Origin: Phoronis australis
Lineage: Eukaryota > Animalia > Phoronida
Length of the DNA stretch: 64,000 bases
Reading direction: 5' to 3'
Assembly: GCA_002633005.1 (NCBI GenBank)
Contig: NMRA01000264.1
Location: 517,035-581,034, forward strand
The stretch's first letter is position 1; the number at the start of each line of letters is the position of its first letter. This document shows positions 49,076-62,272 of the stretch, piece by piece. The notes beneath the pieces were generated by a model that was not told the origin of the DNA, did no database searches, and saw only the letters and a list, made by a program, of their open reading frames with translations. A program made the position numbers and the translations under genes.

Positions 49076-50329
49076 TCTGTTTGTATATGTTTAAACCAAA
49101 TGGTCAAATCACCTGTGTTGACTGAAGGGAGCACCAGTCGCAGATTCTCTGTGTCTGTGCTGTAATCCACTAGCCATGACTTAAAGTGGTTCTGTAAGCT
49201 CAGCAACTCTGACCAATGAGTTAAAACATGAAGCAGGTTATTATTACTGACATTTCATAAACGTATGGCATTCCTGACAATAAAGGGAGACAAAAGTCTT
49301 TGAATACATGATTGGTGTATGAATGAAATTATAAAATGTGCACTATAAGGAAATTGGAAGCAGAAAGAAATGACATTCATGAAAATATAAATATAGATTA
49401 GTCCATCTGTTTCATTGTGGTTATAAACTTCATGAAACGACTTCTAAAAGCAAAACTCAACCCCAATGATATTCTTTCCACATGACAGTATCAATTTTCA
49501 AAGTATAAGGAGTGAGGAACAGAGAGGGAGGAAGAGGGAGGGTGGCCCGGGGGGGTAGAGAGAGAGAAAAGGAAATGGAGAGGAAGAACGAGAGTCAGAC
49601 AGAGAAGGAGGGAGGTAGGGCGTAGGAGGGAGAGTGGGGAAGGAGAATTGGGGGAGGAGGAGGGATAGATTGCGTATGGTTACTTTTTTCGTCGCGTTGC
49701 AATAGGAACCAAAACACGACGACAGCATTTCACCCGCAGTCATGTCTGAAGCATTAATACCTGGTCGCACGTAAATAACGTCTACGTTGCAATCAAAACT
49801 TCCCGAGTCAGATCCATCAGACCTTGCACTTCTCTGGCTGTTGGCCGAATTATCACTGTCGTTGGCTTGGATGCAGACGACCTGTACCTATAATGCACTA
49901 GTAATGCTCTGCTAAAGCTGTTATGAACTCCCCTTCAGTCAAAAATGACTAAAATTATAGTGAAAGTGGTCACGAGTGCTTCTTATTAGCATTAGAAATG
50001 ATTTCCGAGATTTAAAAATAGTGAGTTCGTTTTGAGGAACGTAGCCTAGAGGATATGCTCGTACCTAAAAATTACCTGCGGGTTTAGCAAATTGATTGGG
50101 CATGGTTTCGTGTAGGCCTAACGTTCTTCCCAAGCGCAGAACACTTTTAAATTGAGTAAAGAACTAAGTAAATAACGGTGAGCTGGATAGAGAATAGTGG
50201 ATGAACTTGTGTTTTGACCGGCTGATAAATAGAGAATCCTACACCAGTCTCAGGCTTATGACATGGACAAAACCTCTTGGAAATTTCGTCAAAATCCCGA
50301 GGCTTACCCGCTCGTGAGCACTGCTAGAC

Positions 50330-50890
50330 AGTCTAACAGCGTTTCTTGAGTTGGGGCTCGTCTCCGTTTGAATGAACGTGAATATGGAATTCGCCGCCAA
50401 AGATGGGTCCGTTTAAGAGGTTGTTTGCATGTCCTTCCGACTGGGACCTCGTGCACTTGCGACACCCGAGATGTCAATCATAACCTTGTCACCTTCTCGG
50501 AATTACGGCATTGTTTGGGTGGTTCTTTCATTGTTTTGCAGACGATAAAACATGTGCACACCCCAATTGGTGAAGTGGGTAAAAAGGTCCGACTCAGAGA
50601 AACAAAGTCCGAGAAAACGAGACAAAAGTCCACTAAAAAGGCGCATTGGCACAGTTCACAGACCTGAAGGTGGTACCCCGTTTTTTTAGTCCCTTTTTGT
50701 AAGCAAAGGTCCACTTTGTCAGATATCCGAGCCCCCCATATTTAAGGCTGGGTGCGCGCATGTAAATGTAAGGCGTATGGATTTCTACTTTGAACTACAT
50801 TGTGATTTGCCCATGTAATATCAAAAAATACGTACTCGGTGTTATTAACGAGTCGTGTCGTAAAACATTCCAGGTCATGTGAGAAATGCA
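50330..50890 (-). mobile_element. Second Crypton-like 3' fragment with nested MITE
   Basis: Aligns by eye with 17420-17735, e.g. CCGCCAAAGATGGGTCCGTTTAAGA and GTGATTTGCCCATGTAATAT. Confidence 0.6.
50551..50762 (-). mobile_element. CATGCGCGCACCC-terminus MITE, copy 2
   Basis: CATGTGCACACCC...GGGTGCGCGCATG. Absent from the homologous 17.6-kb copy. Confidence 0.75.
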
Positions 50891-52063
50891 GTTTCACTAC
50901 TGTGCGGAGGACAGCACGGCAAAAGTGAACCAACGGTGATGACCATAGACCAAGGCAGACCTGACACTCTTGGATCGTTGACTTTGACTCTATAGTCCAT
51001 ATCATTTGAGTCTCCACGGCACAACAGACGCGGATTCAGGATCATGATCAAAGGGTCTGACAATGGATTAATAAAGACTATATTGAGACTTACATTCTTA
51101 GTCCCACTAATAAAGACTATATTGAGACTCTTAGTCCTACATGCAGCAATACATGTGCGTGACAACGGCGTATAATGAACATTCCGACTTACTTTCAAAC
51201 TTGCACTGTTTATGGTAGCCAATGAGTTTTCCACCAATTTTTTTACGCATGATCCACTTCTACACGTTACTATGGTAATCTCAAGTTGACACCAGTACCC
51301 AGACGACTGAAAAATATAATGTTTATCTCCTATTTTTGTTATTGAAAACCGGAATTGGCCGCGTGTTGACCTTTGTTCAATAGGTAGCATTCAAAAATAA
51401 AATCTGCTTTACAATGGAACATGCAATGTCTCTCAGTTTTGTATCTGTTGTTATAGCGACTTTGAATGCCAGTGGTATAAACCCCATTACTAACTTGAGC
51501 TCTAAAATGCGCGATTATTATGTTAAGACGCAACACATATTCATCCATGTTCTAAACCGATCATCGTACAAAGAACAACATTTCCAAAGTTTTTGACAAG
51601 TGTCATTATTTTTTATCTAGTATATGTACGATATTAAAACTACTTTGTTGCAGAAACAAACATAATTGGCGGCTGCATGTTTTAAAAAGTTTAGAAGGAG
51701 GCTAGGTATACACCAGCCATCAAGTCGAGTACCACCTGAATGTGTTCTTGTCAGTTGTGTCCATTTGCATCATGCCCGAAGGTATTTAAAACGAACGAAT
51801 TGTGGGAGAAAATTAACTTGGGGTGCGTTCAAAATGTTTCGCGAGCACGTTCGCGACCTTACTAGCGTATTGTGAAAATTAGTAGCCACTAATTGTTCAA
51901 TGAGATTAGAGCATTAAATTATGGTTTCCGTTCCATAAGCGAAGATTCCTCGCCGCAAACTTCTCGCGTCTTTCCCACCCATGGATATGAAGCGTTTAGA
52001 CGGTCATGGGCGTTACCTAGCACGGCAATTTGAACCTATTTCATTATGTAGCATTGCACTTAC

Positions 52064-52240
52064 CTGAAGGAATGACTGAGCTTGTCTCTTGTATTGCGCT
52101 GCGGCTTCTTGCACCGCTTGCGCTACGCAACATGTGGCGGGCTTCGATAGAAGTTGATCGTTTTGATAATTGGAAAGTTCGACGAGGGCTGATAACAGTC
52201 GCGGAAAACTCGCTTTGGTGTTTTGAAGTGGAAACATTGT
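52064..52240 (-). CDS. Candidate phase 1-1 exon, Ser/Thr/Arg-rich linker
   Basis: gatttcag|NVSTSKHQSEFSATVISPRRTFQ...SSVIPS|gtaagt; 177 bp, open. Confidence 0.45.
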
Positions 52241-52606
52241 CTGAAATCATGGGCAATATATTGATATGGACGGCTCAGTGATTGCATGCACATTTCACAG
52301 TCTGATAGCTATCCGCTTTGAATAGCTACAACCCTGGTGATATAGCTTTACTTTCAAATTGTATGATTTAAAGAGGAAATTGCAAGGTCCAAACCAATCT
52401 GAACAACAATATGGTCTAAATTCTAGTTTATAATTATCATTGCTATATTCTTAACATTAACTGAATTGTACGCCGCTATACAAAGTTATTTACATATTTA
52501 GTGCCGTGGTGTTGTAACACCATCGTTGTAACGGAGAATAGAAGCGGCGCCATTTTCGTTCGTTACACATCTGTGACGTGGTGTTGGGGAACACAAAGGA
52601 AGCAAA

Positions 52607-54554
52607 GTGTGTCCAAGTGAGTACAGCAGCGTAGATGAGGAATACTTTGAACGATACAGGGACGGACAGGTGGACTTTTCAGATGATTCCGACCTTTCGG
52701 ACGTGGAGGTGGAGGTGACAGATCTCAGAGGAACAATATGTGTTCACAGCTTTTCTGCAGTGGAGCCGTTCTCCCTCGATCCCTTTCACGGCCCTTTCTC
52801 TGGTCGCCGAAGACTCACTCCCAGCGGGTTCGTCCTGTGAACGTCAACAGGCTGAAGGTGCGCAGGAGTTGAGATTAGATGTTAGTGATTGGTAAGAATA
52901 TTATCAATATGTATCCTACAACCGCGAATTATAATTTGGTCTTTTTTAATTCAAAAGTAGGTGCTTTGCCAGTCAGTCCCAGGCGCCCATATCCCATTGG
53001 TGAATCGTGTTTCAGCCGTGGATAAATACCAGTTCCAGTGATAAAACTGGGATTTTTTTGCATTATAGCAAATCACTCAAAAAGTGTTAGGTCTCTGATT
53101 ATTTGTAGACAATGTGGCTCAGTGGTTTGAGCTCGTGAGACTCAGGTTCGAATCCTGGGTTTCACTGGCATGCAATTGAGCATTGAACAAAATTGTCTCT
53201 TACTTCTCCGAGACTGAGCGGGGTGTTACTAGTGAGTGAATAAATATATGCAAGGGAAAGAATGAGAACCACTTTGGAACAATCGACAGTGAATTGTAAA
53301 GAAGAGGATGAAAGAATTGCAATTTTATAATTTAGACTTTCTCACCTTGGTGCTGTGGGAGGGCATAATTCTATAGGTTATAGAACAAGTCATTTCATTT
53401 TCGTACTCAAGTCAACTCGGACCTATATCAGTCTACACATGTGTTCAAAACAGTTTTATTTTGTAAGGCGATGCTTGAAATGGAAACAACCATTTCATGT
53501 CGATGTACATTGACCCAATGTTGCCATTATTTATAAATGAAATATGGTACATGGCTTGGTTACGAGTCGACTTGAGTAGGAACCGCCTGGTAAAGTTTCT
53601 ATAGAGTAAAGAGAGCATACCATTGAATTGGTGATTGCCCATATAGCATGTCAAGAAGTTTTAATGTATACTGTAATATTTAAAATATGGGCGACCCTTT
53701 GAGTGGCAACACTGCTTTTCAAGTTGGTTTGCCCCATTGTCATTGTCTAGTTTGATTAATGGTATGTGGGTGCCGATAGGATTCAGATTGGGAGAACAGG
53801 TCTCACGACTACATACAAAACAGTCCCCTCCATCAATGAATCAGGGCAACTACCTTTTGTCTTAGGGTCAGCTAAAAAATCAAACATCTAATGTCCATTT
53901 CTATATCCCCTGGGCATGATCTACCACTGCCTTGGGTGTAGCACTATTCATTTGTAAGAAAAGTAAATATCTTTACTATATATGATCAATTTGTACAAAA
54001 AATTAATAGGTTGTGATGTTTCAACCAATTTTCCTGAAAACTGAAGTCGTATGCAGACCCCTCAATTTGGTAGAGGCACTCTTGGTAAATTTTTCAATTC
54101 GAAATTTTGATGTTTACTGAAATAATGTATTATTGTTGACACATCTTGCAGGTGCACCTTTGGCAACTGTCAGACAACCTCAGTTGTTGAAGAAAGAGTA
54201 CGTTGCCAAGAGGTTGACAAGGTTATTGCAAAACTTGATGAAGAAATGAAGCGTGACAACTAACACAGAAGAAAAAATGTATTGTGGAGCAAGGGGGTTT
54301 AAACCTGTATACATTAATCGTGGTGTTTTGGAAACTGCATGGTTGCAGTACAAAAGCCAATATCCTGATGGCTATGACAGACCTTTGGATAAAAGGATTT
54401 GACATGTGGCCTACAGACAGTTCCAAAGATGGCTACACGGTCACTTAGGACGAACAGTCCGTGTTGTCATTCCAGCATGCGCAGTACCTGCATCAGAGCT
54501 TTCTACCCTCCGCCAGGAAATGAGGAAGACTTTGAGTTCCAAAGATTTTCTTAA
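52607..54554 (+). pseudogene. Kolobok accessory gene, P2X7 C-terminal ballast/nanor-like (KolX-type), two exons
   Basis: Exon 1 ends DVSDW|gtaag at 52891. Exon 2 from 54152: CTFGNC...CQE...VLETAWLQY...HVAYRQFQRWLHGHLGRTVRVVIPACAV.CIRAFYP, with stops and frameshifts. Confidence 0.85.
53110..53240 (+). mobile_element. tRNA-derived SINE inside the Kolobok intron
   Basis: A-box GTGGCTCAGTGGT and B-box GGTTCGAATCC. Confidence 0.6.
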
Positions 54555-55249
54555 AAGTTTCACCCATTTATAGATATCAACAGTTGTCTTAGCCCTGGAA
54601 TGCCAACTCCTCCACATGACCTATATATTCTGTTATAAAAACTTGTGACTCGGGGACTAGTTTTATGTAATTCAAACGAGTTGCAAAATGTTGTAGGGAC
54701 AAATTCCATAGAAAGATCAAACATCGTAATAAACGAATGCAATCGCAGTGCAACCTCAGCGGCATGAAATTGAAGTTGGCATTCCATGAATAGACTTCTG
54801 TGGTTTCAGAATGGTAAATAATTAACACAGCGAGCAGCATTTATTGATGCTCATCAATCTGGTTAGTTATGATAACATGACCATGACAAGTGTAATTTAA
54901 CTAGGACTACATTATAAACCTCTAAACTCAACATCAGTTAAACTTATGGTTTACCTAGGTAAACAGAGGAATTTGTCTCATTGGAGCCCAGTTTGTGTGC
55001 TTGAAGCGAACACATTGAACAGTATGGCTGATACATAAAAAAATAAAAGTTTTGAATCTGGGCCATAGTCTGAAGTCGAGACTGAATCTTCTGCCCTCTT
55101 CTTATTCAGTAGAACTCTCTAAATTGGTAGCGCTTCAGTGGGAACTTTAGAAAGGTTAGCATTAATTCCGCAGTAACGCCTCCAAATAACTCTAACTTTG
55201 ATGAAATATCTCAGTCTCACTGGATACAACTTAGTGAGTTCTATTGTAA

Positions 55250-56870
55250 TTCAATGAGAAATCAAATAACACGACACAGCAACCACTGAATCTCAACCCA
55301 AAAGCTCCAGTATGCAATAGCTTTAGATGTCTATGACATGGTGTGAAAACACAAAAAGTATGCACATGAGTAGGAATTGGGAAATCTGGAGGGAGTGCTT
55401 ATACCACTCACTCAAAAATTACCAAGACAATGTTCGAATTCTGTGCAAGTGATTATTCTGTGTACAATTTAGATGAGATTGTCGCACGAAAAGACTGACG
55501 ACCCAAACAAGTACCTTTTCACCCCCACTTAAGAAAGTCTTCCTTTACGGACCCACTGTATGGGACAGCAACAGTTTAGTGCAAATCAAATATACTTAAA
55601 AAAGCTATGCCGCAATACTTATAGTCATTGTATTGAAGAACCATTGAAATGTTTCTAGGTGCGGATCCAGGATTTTGAGTTAGGGGGGCCAGGGCACGGT
55701 ATAAGCCAGGATTTTACCCGTCAGACATTCGCACCCCCAAACAGTTAAATGGAATCTGGGAGAATTTGAGGGGGGCATGGCCCCCTCTAATCTGCCACTA
55801 GTTTCAATATAAGAACATAGTATATCACTGGGTTTATCTATACAAGTGGGACAGACAAATACCACACACAAAAGCTTTTCACAATTTCCACTACTGGTAC
55901 TATAAACACTCTGGCATTGCTATCTGTACCACTATCAAAAATTTGATCTAAAACATTGGTAGTGACTGTTAAATATGTGACGGAAAGAAATTCCAGTGCT
56001 GTCCATTGACAAAGCACCAAGTCTGAATTTATCTGTGCCACGGCATCCTCTTTGGACACATCTGGAGCACCAGCAGTCGGCATTGGAGGGGCATCAATTT
56101 CCAAGCGAATTTCAAGATCTCCAGCTTCTCTTTTGTTCCGCACTAAGTGGAAGGTGTTCTCCTTTCATTTACATACTCTGAAAAGCACAACAGCGGCAAT
56201 TCAAAAGTAAAAAAAAAACATTTTGAATCCAGAGTTGTCCATGATTAAAGTAAAACACGATGATATCTAATTGCAAGTTTTCGCCTTCTTTTATAACCTT
56301 CAAGCAAATGCCAAAACTAGATTTTAATCCTGTTTTTTTTTTGAAACAGACTACTTTAATAATCCAAACCTTGGAATTGAGTTACCATCCTGTTTTACTT
56401 TATTCATAGTCTGCATTCTTTTCAAAATACATGGATCTTTTGAGATCAGCTTTATTTGTTGTGGCTTTTAGTTTTACTGATCCATTTATAACTAAATCTT
56501 TCACGGAAAAACAACAGATTTTAAACACTTGAGAACTACGGTGATTGTGAAAAAAGATTGTTATTGTTCAGGCACTGCGAAAGCGTCATGAATTATTAGA
56601 CATCAAAATTCTCAAGGTAACTTACCTTTTTATAAGACCAGCTTCAACCTTCATGATGTGTCTGTCGTCAAAGTAGCCGTCCTCAAAATAGTCAGAGCAT
56701 ATTTCGGCTCCGACAGATGGCTGACTCGACAGTCATTTTCAAAAGACGAGCAGAGCACACGAAAACCTGCCATTACGCAGCCAGATGCTTGTCTTTTTAG
56801 AATTTAAGTGGACTCATGCCTTCCACCTGGGTGGTGTTAAATAGTTAGCACACACACACCGATGCACCAT
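55250..56870 (-). pseudogene. Kolobok THAP-transposase remnant
   Basis: ATG at 56870: MVHRCVCAN...W..FV...EICSDYFEDGYF (THAP) to the donor at 56626. The next exon has RVFIV...CPTC. Heavily disrupted. Confidence 0.65.
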
Positions 56871-59800
56871 GGCTAAAACACGCCAAGGTTGAACGGGCTT
56901 TGATCTTCGTGTACTATGATATAATAGCAGTGAACTGCATTGTGGGATATGATCTGGTTTGTGTTCCCCAACACCATGTCACGGTGTCAAAGGTCAACTT
57001 TTCGCGCATTTTCTTGTTTTCGTTTTTTTTTAAATAACTAAAGATACAATAATACGATGATTTGATTAAAATACATCCAAATAGCAATACCTTGAAGATA
57101 TTATTGCAATTTAACATACTTGGACCTTGCAAATTACACTTTAAAACAGAAACAAACTATTCTTAACGCCGTGGTTCGGTGCCTCGGAAGTATATTTTTT
57201 TCGAAAAGGATTACGTCTTCTTCTACTTTTATAACGAATACGCGCAAAAAGCCACGTGACGGTACGAAGAAAACGTGAGTGGCCTCGAATGAGCAACATT
57301 TACTTTGCGCGTTTGTATTTGGGAACGTCAGTTTGTATTGTGAAATATCTGTAAAATTGTCCTACTGCTCTGTGGGTGGGCGAACCGTGATTGTGTTGTG
57401 TGTATGGGTGCAGACGTTAACCTGAAGATGTTTGTCGCATTTTATGCTTGACCAGTGTCCGACCATCGACTAAGCTCCAGCGCAGGAACAGACACACACG
57501 GCATGGTACTCGGCCTCGTATCCGCAGGACCATACAACAATGTTCGTTTATAACATGAGTTACGAAAACCAGGGTCTGCGTCGGCAGAAATCAGTTACAG
57601 GGGATAGCAAAATTCTGCGCCAATATGAAATAACTTATGTTTGGTTATTAAAAGCAGTGTAACTTGCTGAATAAATTGTTTTTTTTTCTGGGAAACACGT
57701 TTTGCAGGTCATGTGTTATGCCTGCATTAAATGCAAACGATACGCACTCATCCAAGGCTTTACCGCAAGCAGATGGCGCTTTGCACCAATCACGTGGTTT
57801 GTCACTTTATCGCTAAGAGGTGTCAGTGCTGCGCGTATGCGTGAACTAGGAATTGAATATTATTCATTTGGGCAGTCAGCCTCATGTGAATTTTTTATCT
57901 AGTGTAAAGAATTTTGTAATCATTGTCGAATTTCTCTAGATGCATGATCATCACGTGAACATAAGACTAACTGAGACTCTTTCGGTCAATGTTACATGAA
58001 CGATTTGCTTAACGTTCAATATATCATCGTACACGGATATACCAGCAATCAAAATCTCTTTAAAGCAACTTCAAGTATTTAAGTATACATGATAACTTCG
58101 TTGTTACAAGGAAAATGAAAAATCCACACACGTTTTCTCTCGGCCATAGACTAGTATGCAACGTTGGTGCGAATGGTTTTCAAGAGCTAAAGAAAATAAT
58201 CATATTAAATTACCAAAAATCACTGGAAATCGAAATTCCTGAAAATTGCCAATCAAGTTACGCAACGTAGTCGAGGTCCTTTCAACTAACTCGCACATTT
58301 GGCTCATAAAAACACCTTAAGATCAAGAATTGCCAATGGTAGTTATGAAACTTCATACAATATCTGCTCTTCAAAAATCCACGAATAACATTTACCCAAG
58401 TTACAAAAACGTAGAATAAACAGAAAAGTTTTAGTAAAAATTTCGGTAAACTATCAGAAAGTCATTTCAAACTTATGCCGAGACTTTCGTAAAAATGCGG
58501 TAATTTACATGTAACTAAGGTTTACAAAGATTTTTCGGGAACTTGCCACAAGTTATGTATGACATGGTGGAAGTTTGATCAATGCCGCCAATACCTGCAG
58601 CAATAGAATTATTGTGAAAATCCGGTGGCTGCATATCTCTTAGTGGACGGCCTCACAGCAAACTTCCGCAAAAAAATATAAGAACGTCCAACTGGTCAGT
58701 CAGACAATTCCTATTCGCGAGGGACAGTTGTGCGTGTTTCGTCATGTACTGTTAACGAAAGTGCTTCGAAATTTCGTAAGTGTTTATGGATTCAAGATGC
58801 AGATAAATGTAATAATCAAAACCAAATCTTTCGCAAGTTAAAATACCTCTGGGAATTCGCCTAGTGCATAAATTCCTAAGAAGGGTATCCGCGGTGGACC
58901 AGCAATGTTTGTTGATAAAACAGTAACATCGTGTACAGCTTCACAAACATCTTGACACAGGGACCCATCCGCGAGTTGGTAAAAATCCACAAGCAGAATT
59001 CTCGCTGGAACAATACAACGTTATTAGTCAGTTGTAAAACATTTTTCTATAGATTCGGGAAGCCGATGCTTCAAATTTCACAGTGCATTTATGCCAGATC
59101 GTTACCTGGTTGTTTTCCAAATACTGTCCTATCGTTTCTTTCTTGGGTCATAATTTCTGAAATGGAATCGAATACACAGTTTTATTGACAGCACACATTT
59201 TCTTTGGAAGATATATTGGTTTTGACGAAGGCTTTAGACTGTTCTTATTATCTTTCAACACCCATCTTTCTTATTTGTCTAATGTACTTGAAAGTCGTGG
59301 GGACTCTCATATGACGCAAAAGCATAATATTTGGTTAGACATCCCGATTTAAAGTCATATACGACCCTCAATTACAATTACAATCGCCTAACTGCAATTG
59401 GAGTGCGTAGTCTGGCAGTTGAACTATCGCACTCGACAAATATTGTTGCCCGGGACACAGTACATGCAAGAGCGACATCGATGCATATTGTCGCTTCGTT
59501 ATTACGTGGTGTTTGGCACATAGGCAAATCTAGCGTAAAGTTCAGTAACGATATTATCTCGCTAGGAAGTCATTATACGAGCAGGATTTAGAGAGATTAC
59601 GCGAGGTATTGCGGCGTATTTAAAAGAGAGTATGTTACTTTGCCTACTAGTAGATTTTTCTAGTTTCAACACAAGCTACTGAACTGTACCCAGAGTCACA
59701 GAGTGGTGCAGGGAGTAGTACTAAGCCCAAAACGAGGCTGTAGCAAGTTGAACGGTGCCAAGATGATGCCTCAACTGTTGTATGATTCCAAACTTAGCAG

Positions 59801-60375
59801 GCACATTTTGTAGGTTTCTACAGTGCACGATTTGCACATCAGAAGTTCAAAGGTTGTGGCAAAAGCATTAATCCAATGTTAGTACTGGCAACAAAACTAC
59901 TACTTTAATTTCAGTTGTTAGAGTGATCACGAACCGCACAGCTACTCTGCGTCCGTGAATCTTGACTAGCGCATCCGCATGACTTGTACCTGTCTTGGTT
60001 GCGAAATCAACATGCGGATTAGTTGCATAAACTACCCCATTTGTTTGAGCTGTGTGCGACTTTTTTCATCAGACGTGTGACAGTAAAGTTTATCAGTTTT
60101 CATAAAAGAAAACTTAATTACTATCAGCTATATTACAGTGAATTTTTTTTAAAGAAAACTTTACACCATATGACTCTCATTAAAAAACCGCCATTTTGAA
60201 ATTTCCGTTGAAGAACACTTAAGTTGTTTAGTGATTTCCTGTAGTTTGAAACCAGCGTGTGCGACCGAATAGTGAAGGATTTTGACGGTGAGCATCAAAT
60301 TTCTGGTAAGTCTCATATTTGATTACTTTGAATGCCGTGCCAGTGTTTGAAAGAGTACACAATACCTGATTTATA

Positions 60376-60910
60376 CCACAGCCGTTCTCAGCTTCTGGTC
60401 GTCGCTAATACAATAATATATATTACAAGATATGACACTAGGGACTAGGAATTCCACTTCAGCCGCCCATATCAAACACAAAACTGAACAAATGTACACA
60501 AAACAGGGGTCCAACAAACCACTGGCGTGAGCAATTCTTTTTTTTTCTGATAGCATTTACGGTGTCCTGCTCCAGCGAGTCCGCATCAAATTCACGATCA
60601 AAGCACAAAAATCTTCCCTAAAAGTCGATGGGTACTGTCAATGTGCCGCACGGAAATTGCGGATTCGTCATGGAGGGTCAAGACATCAATAACTCCACAC
60701 TTAGCCAGACCATTGCGTAACCTTCCATGATAAATCGGCACTTGCTGTCCATCCGTAAGTCATCGGATAATCCCGTATCGAATCACGTGGGACACATTGA
60801 CAGTACGCATCTGCTTTTTGGGCAGAATTTTGCGCTCTGACAGCGAAGCTGTTGCGCACTCGCTGTCCAGAGCAGGACACTGTAATTGCTATCAGAAGAA
60901 CAATTGATCA
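60376..60910. mobile_element. Foldback element related to 39064-39784
   Basis: Shares ACGGTGTCCTGCTC.AGCGAG..CGCA.CAAATTC..G.TCAAAGCACAAAAAT and has its own internal inverted arms. Confidence 0.7.
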
Positions 60911-62272
60911 TGGTTTGGCGGGAACAGTCGAGAAAAGAAAGACTGCTAAATGCTGATAGGAGAGAAAATTCAAGAGAACATTTAACAACTCTGTATCAGT
61001 GCATGGTTTACTTTTTGAGGACCCTGGTCAGGACATTGTTATTGCGGTCTCCGGTTTCGCAGCACAGGATGTCTAAACGCATTTGAAAACGTGCACGTAA
61101 TGATTCATGCATATGTTTCGAAAAATCGAAAAAAACATGTAAAACGAAGCCACTTTGCGCAGCGTATTAATTTTTAAATTCAATAAGTCAATTTTACGAC
61201 TGCAAAACCACATTTTTCCAGACGCCCCTCTCTGGCAAGGGATAACGGGGACAACTGTCGCTTTTTTTCTCGAATTGTATATCACTTGAGAAAAATTGGT
61301 GATCTGACAGCTAAAATCAATTGCTGCACATTTCTTGATTTTTCAAAATACAGATATTTTCATATTGAGGGGCCCCACCCTTGAAGAAGGCCATCGATGA
61401 CATACAAGTGGCCACCTTTTTATGTTTTATTGGGTTCACTCACGTAGAAAGGGCCCAGAGTTGGACTCGATTACGTCGAATTTCCCGTTTTTTGAAATCG
61501 TGCAACAGACTTCCATGTTGAGGAAGGTCACTTCCTGCTAAGTCTTGTGACCACACGACTGTGGAATGAACTGTCACTCTTTTCCAAGTCTAATGATGTT
61601 TAGCCTTTCATCTTAAGGTGTCCTATTTCAAACGGGACCCTCTCTCGGTGGAGCAGTTTGGAGAAATGTCCCTTTGTCCCTCTATACATGTAAATCCGAC
61701 ACTGCCTAGTTTTCACGAGGGAAGTTTAGATTCATCAAAAAAAACACAAAACATTCGTGCACAGCACACCAGTATCAACACATTCGACCCAAACAACCAA
61801 AAGATGTGAAAAAAATGCAAGAGGTTGACCGCCATCGAAAGGGTGGAAATTTGAAGAACGTGAAGACCGCTATTTGTTAATTACACAAAATCCGTATTTC
61901 CGATGGTTATTTACAGAATATTGTTACTGTTTCCCGTAGTATCACAAGAATAGGAGCCCTTTTAAAAATGGTTACTATGAGTTTTTGGTAAGGAAATCTC
62001 ACATGTGGAAAACACTGCTGTCGAGGCTACCATTGGGGTGACCTGTACATGTCGAATGAAAGTGCTCAAATACTCGCAATGATAAAGAAATATTTCAGCT
62101 TTTTCTAAGGTCAAGTTCAACTAATGAACCGTTATAGGTACCTCGGAAATGAGCAAAAAAAAACATCTTAATATGAATGCCCTGTGTCCTATTTTCCGCC
62201 GGTTTCCGAAAAAAATTTGCGAGCATGCCTGCGGAAAATGCTTATAACATTCTGTTTTGATCAACAAATTCG

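Larger units (their letters stand above)
52372..57140. mobile_element. Kolobok-superfamily DNA transposon (decayed, both ends intact)
   Basis: TTAA TSDs at 52368-52371 and 57141-57144. 21-bp TIRs AGAGGAAATTGCAAGGTCCAA / AGTGTAATTTGCAAGGTCCAA. Convergent THAP-transposase and P2X7-ballast-like genes. Confidence 0.85.

Noticed and set aside
48132-49165. Long ORFs of 299-337 aa
   Set aside because: They are artefacts of the N gap and CT microsatellite.
50875-51390. 171-aa ORF
   Set aside because: No recognisable domain, it includes a local 39-bp duplication and overlaps TE remnant sequence.
52607-54554. Host P2X7 receptor gene
   Set aside because: No P2X ectodomain or TM exons, multiple stops, and it is enclosed by transposon TIRs and TSD.
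57900-59300. Possible decayed coding sequence
   Set aside because: No motif could be assigned in any frame and stops are frequent.
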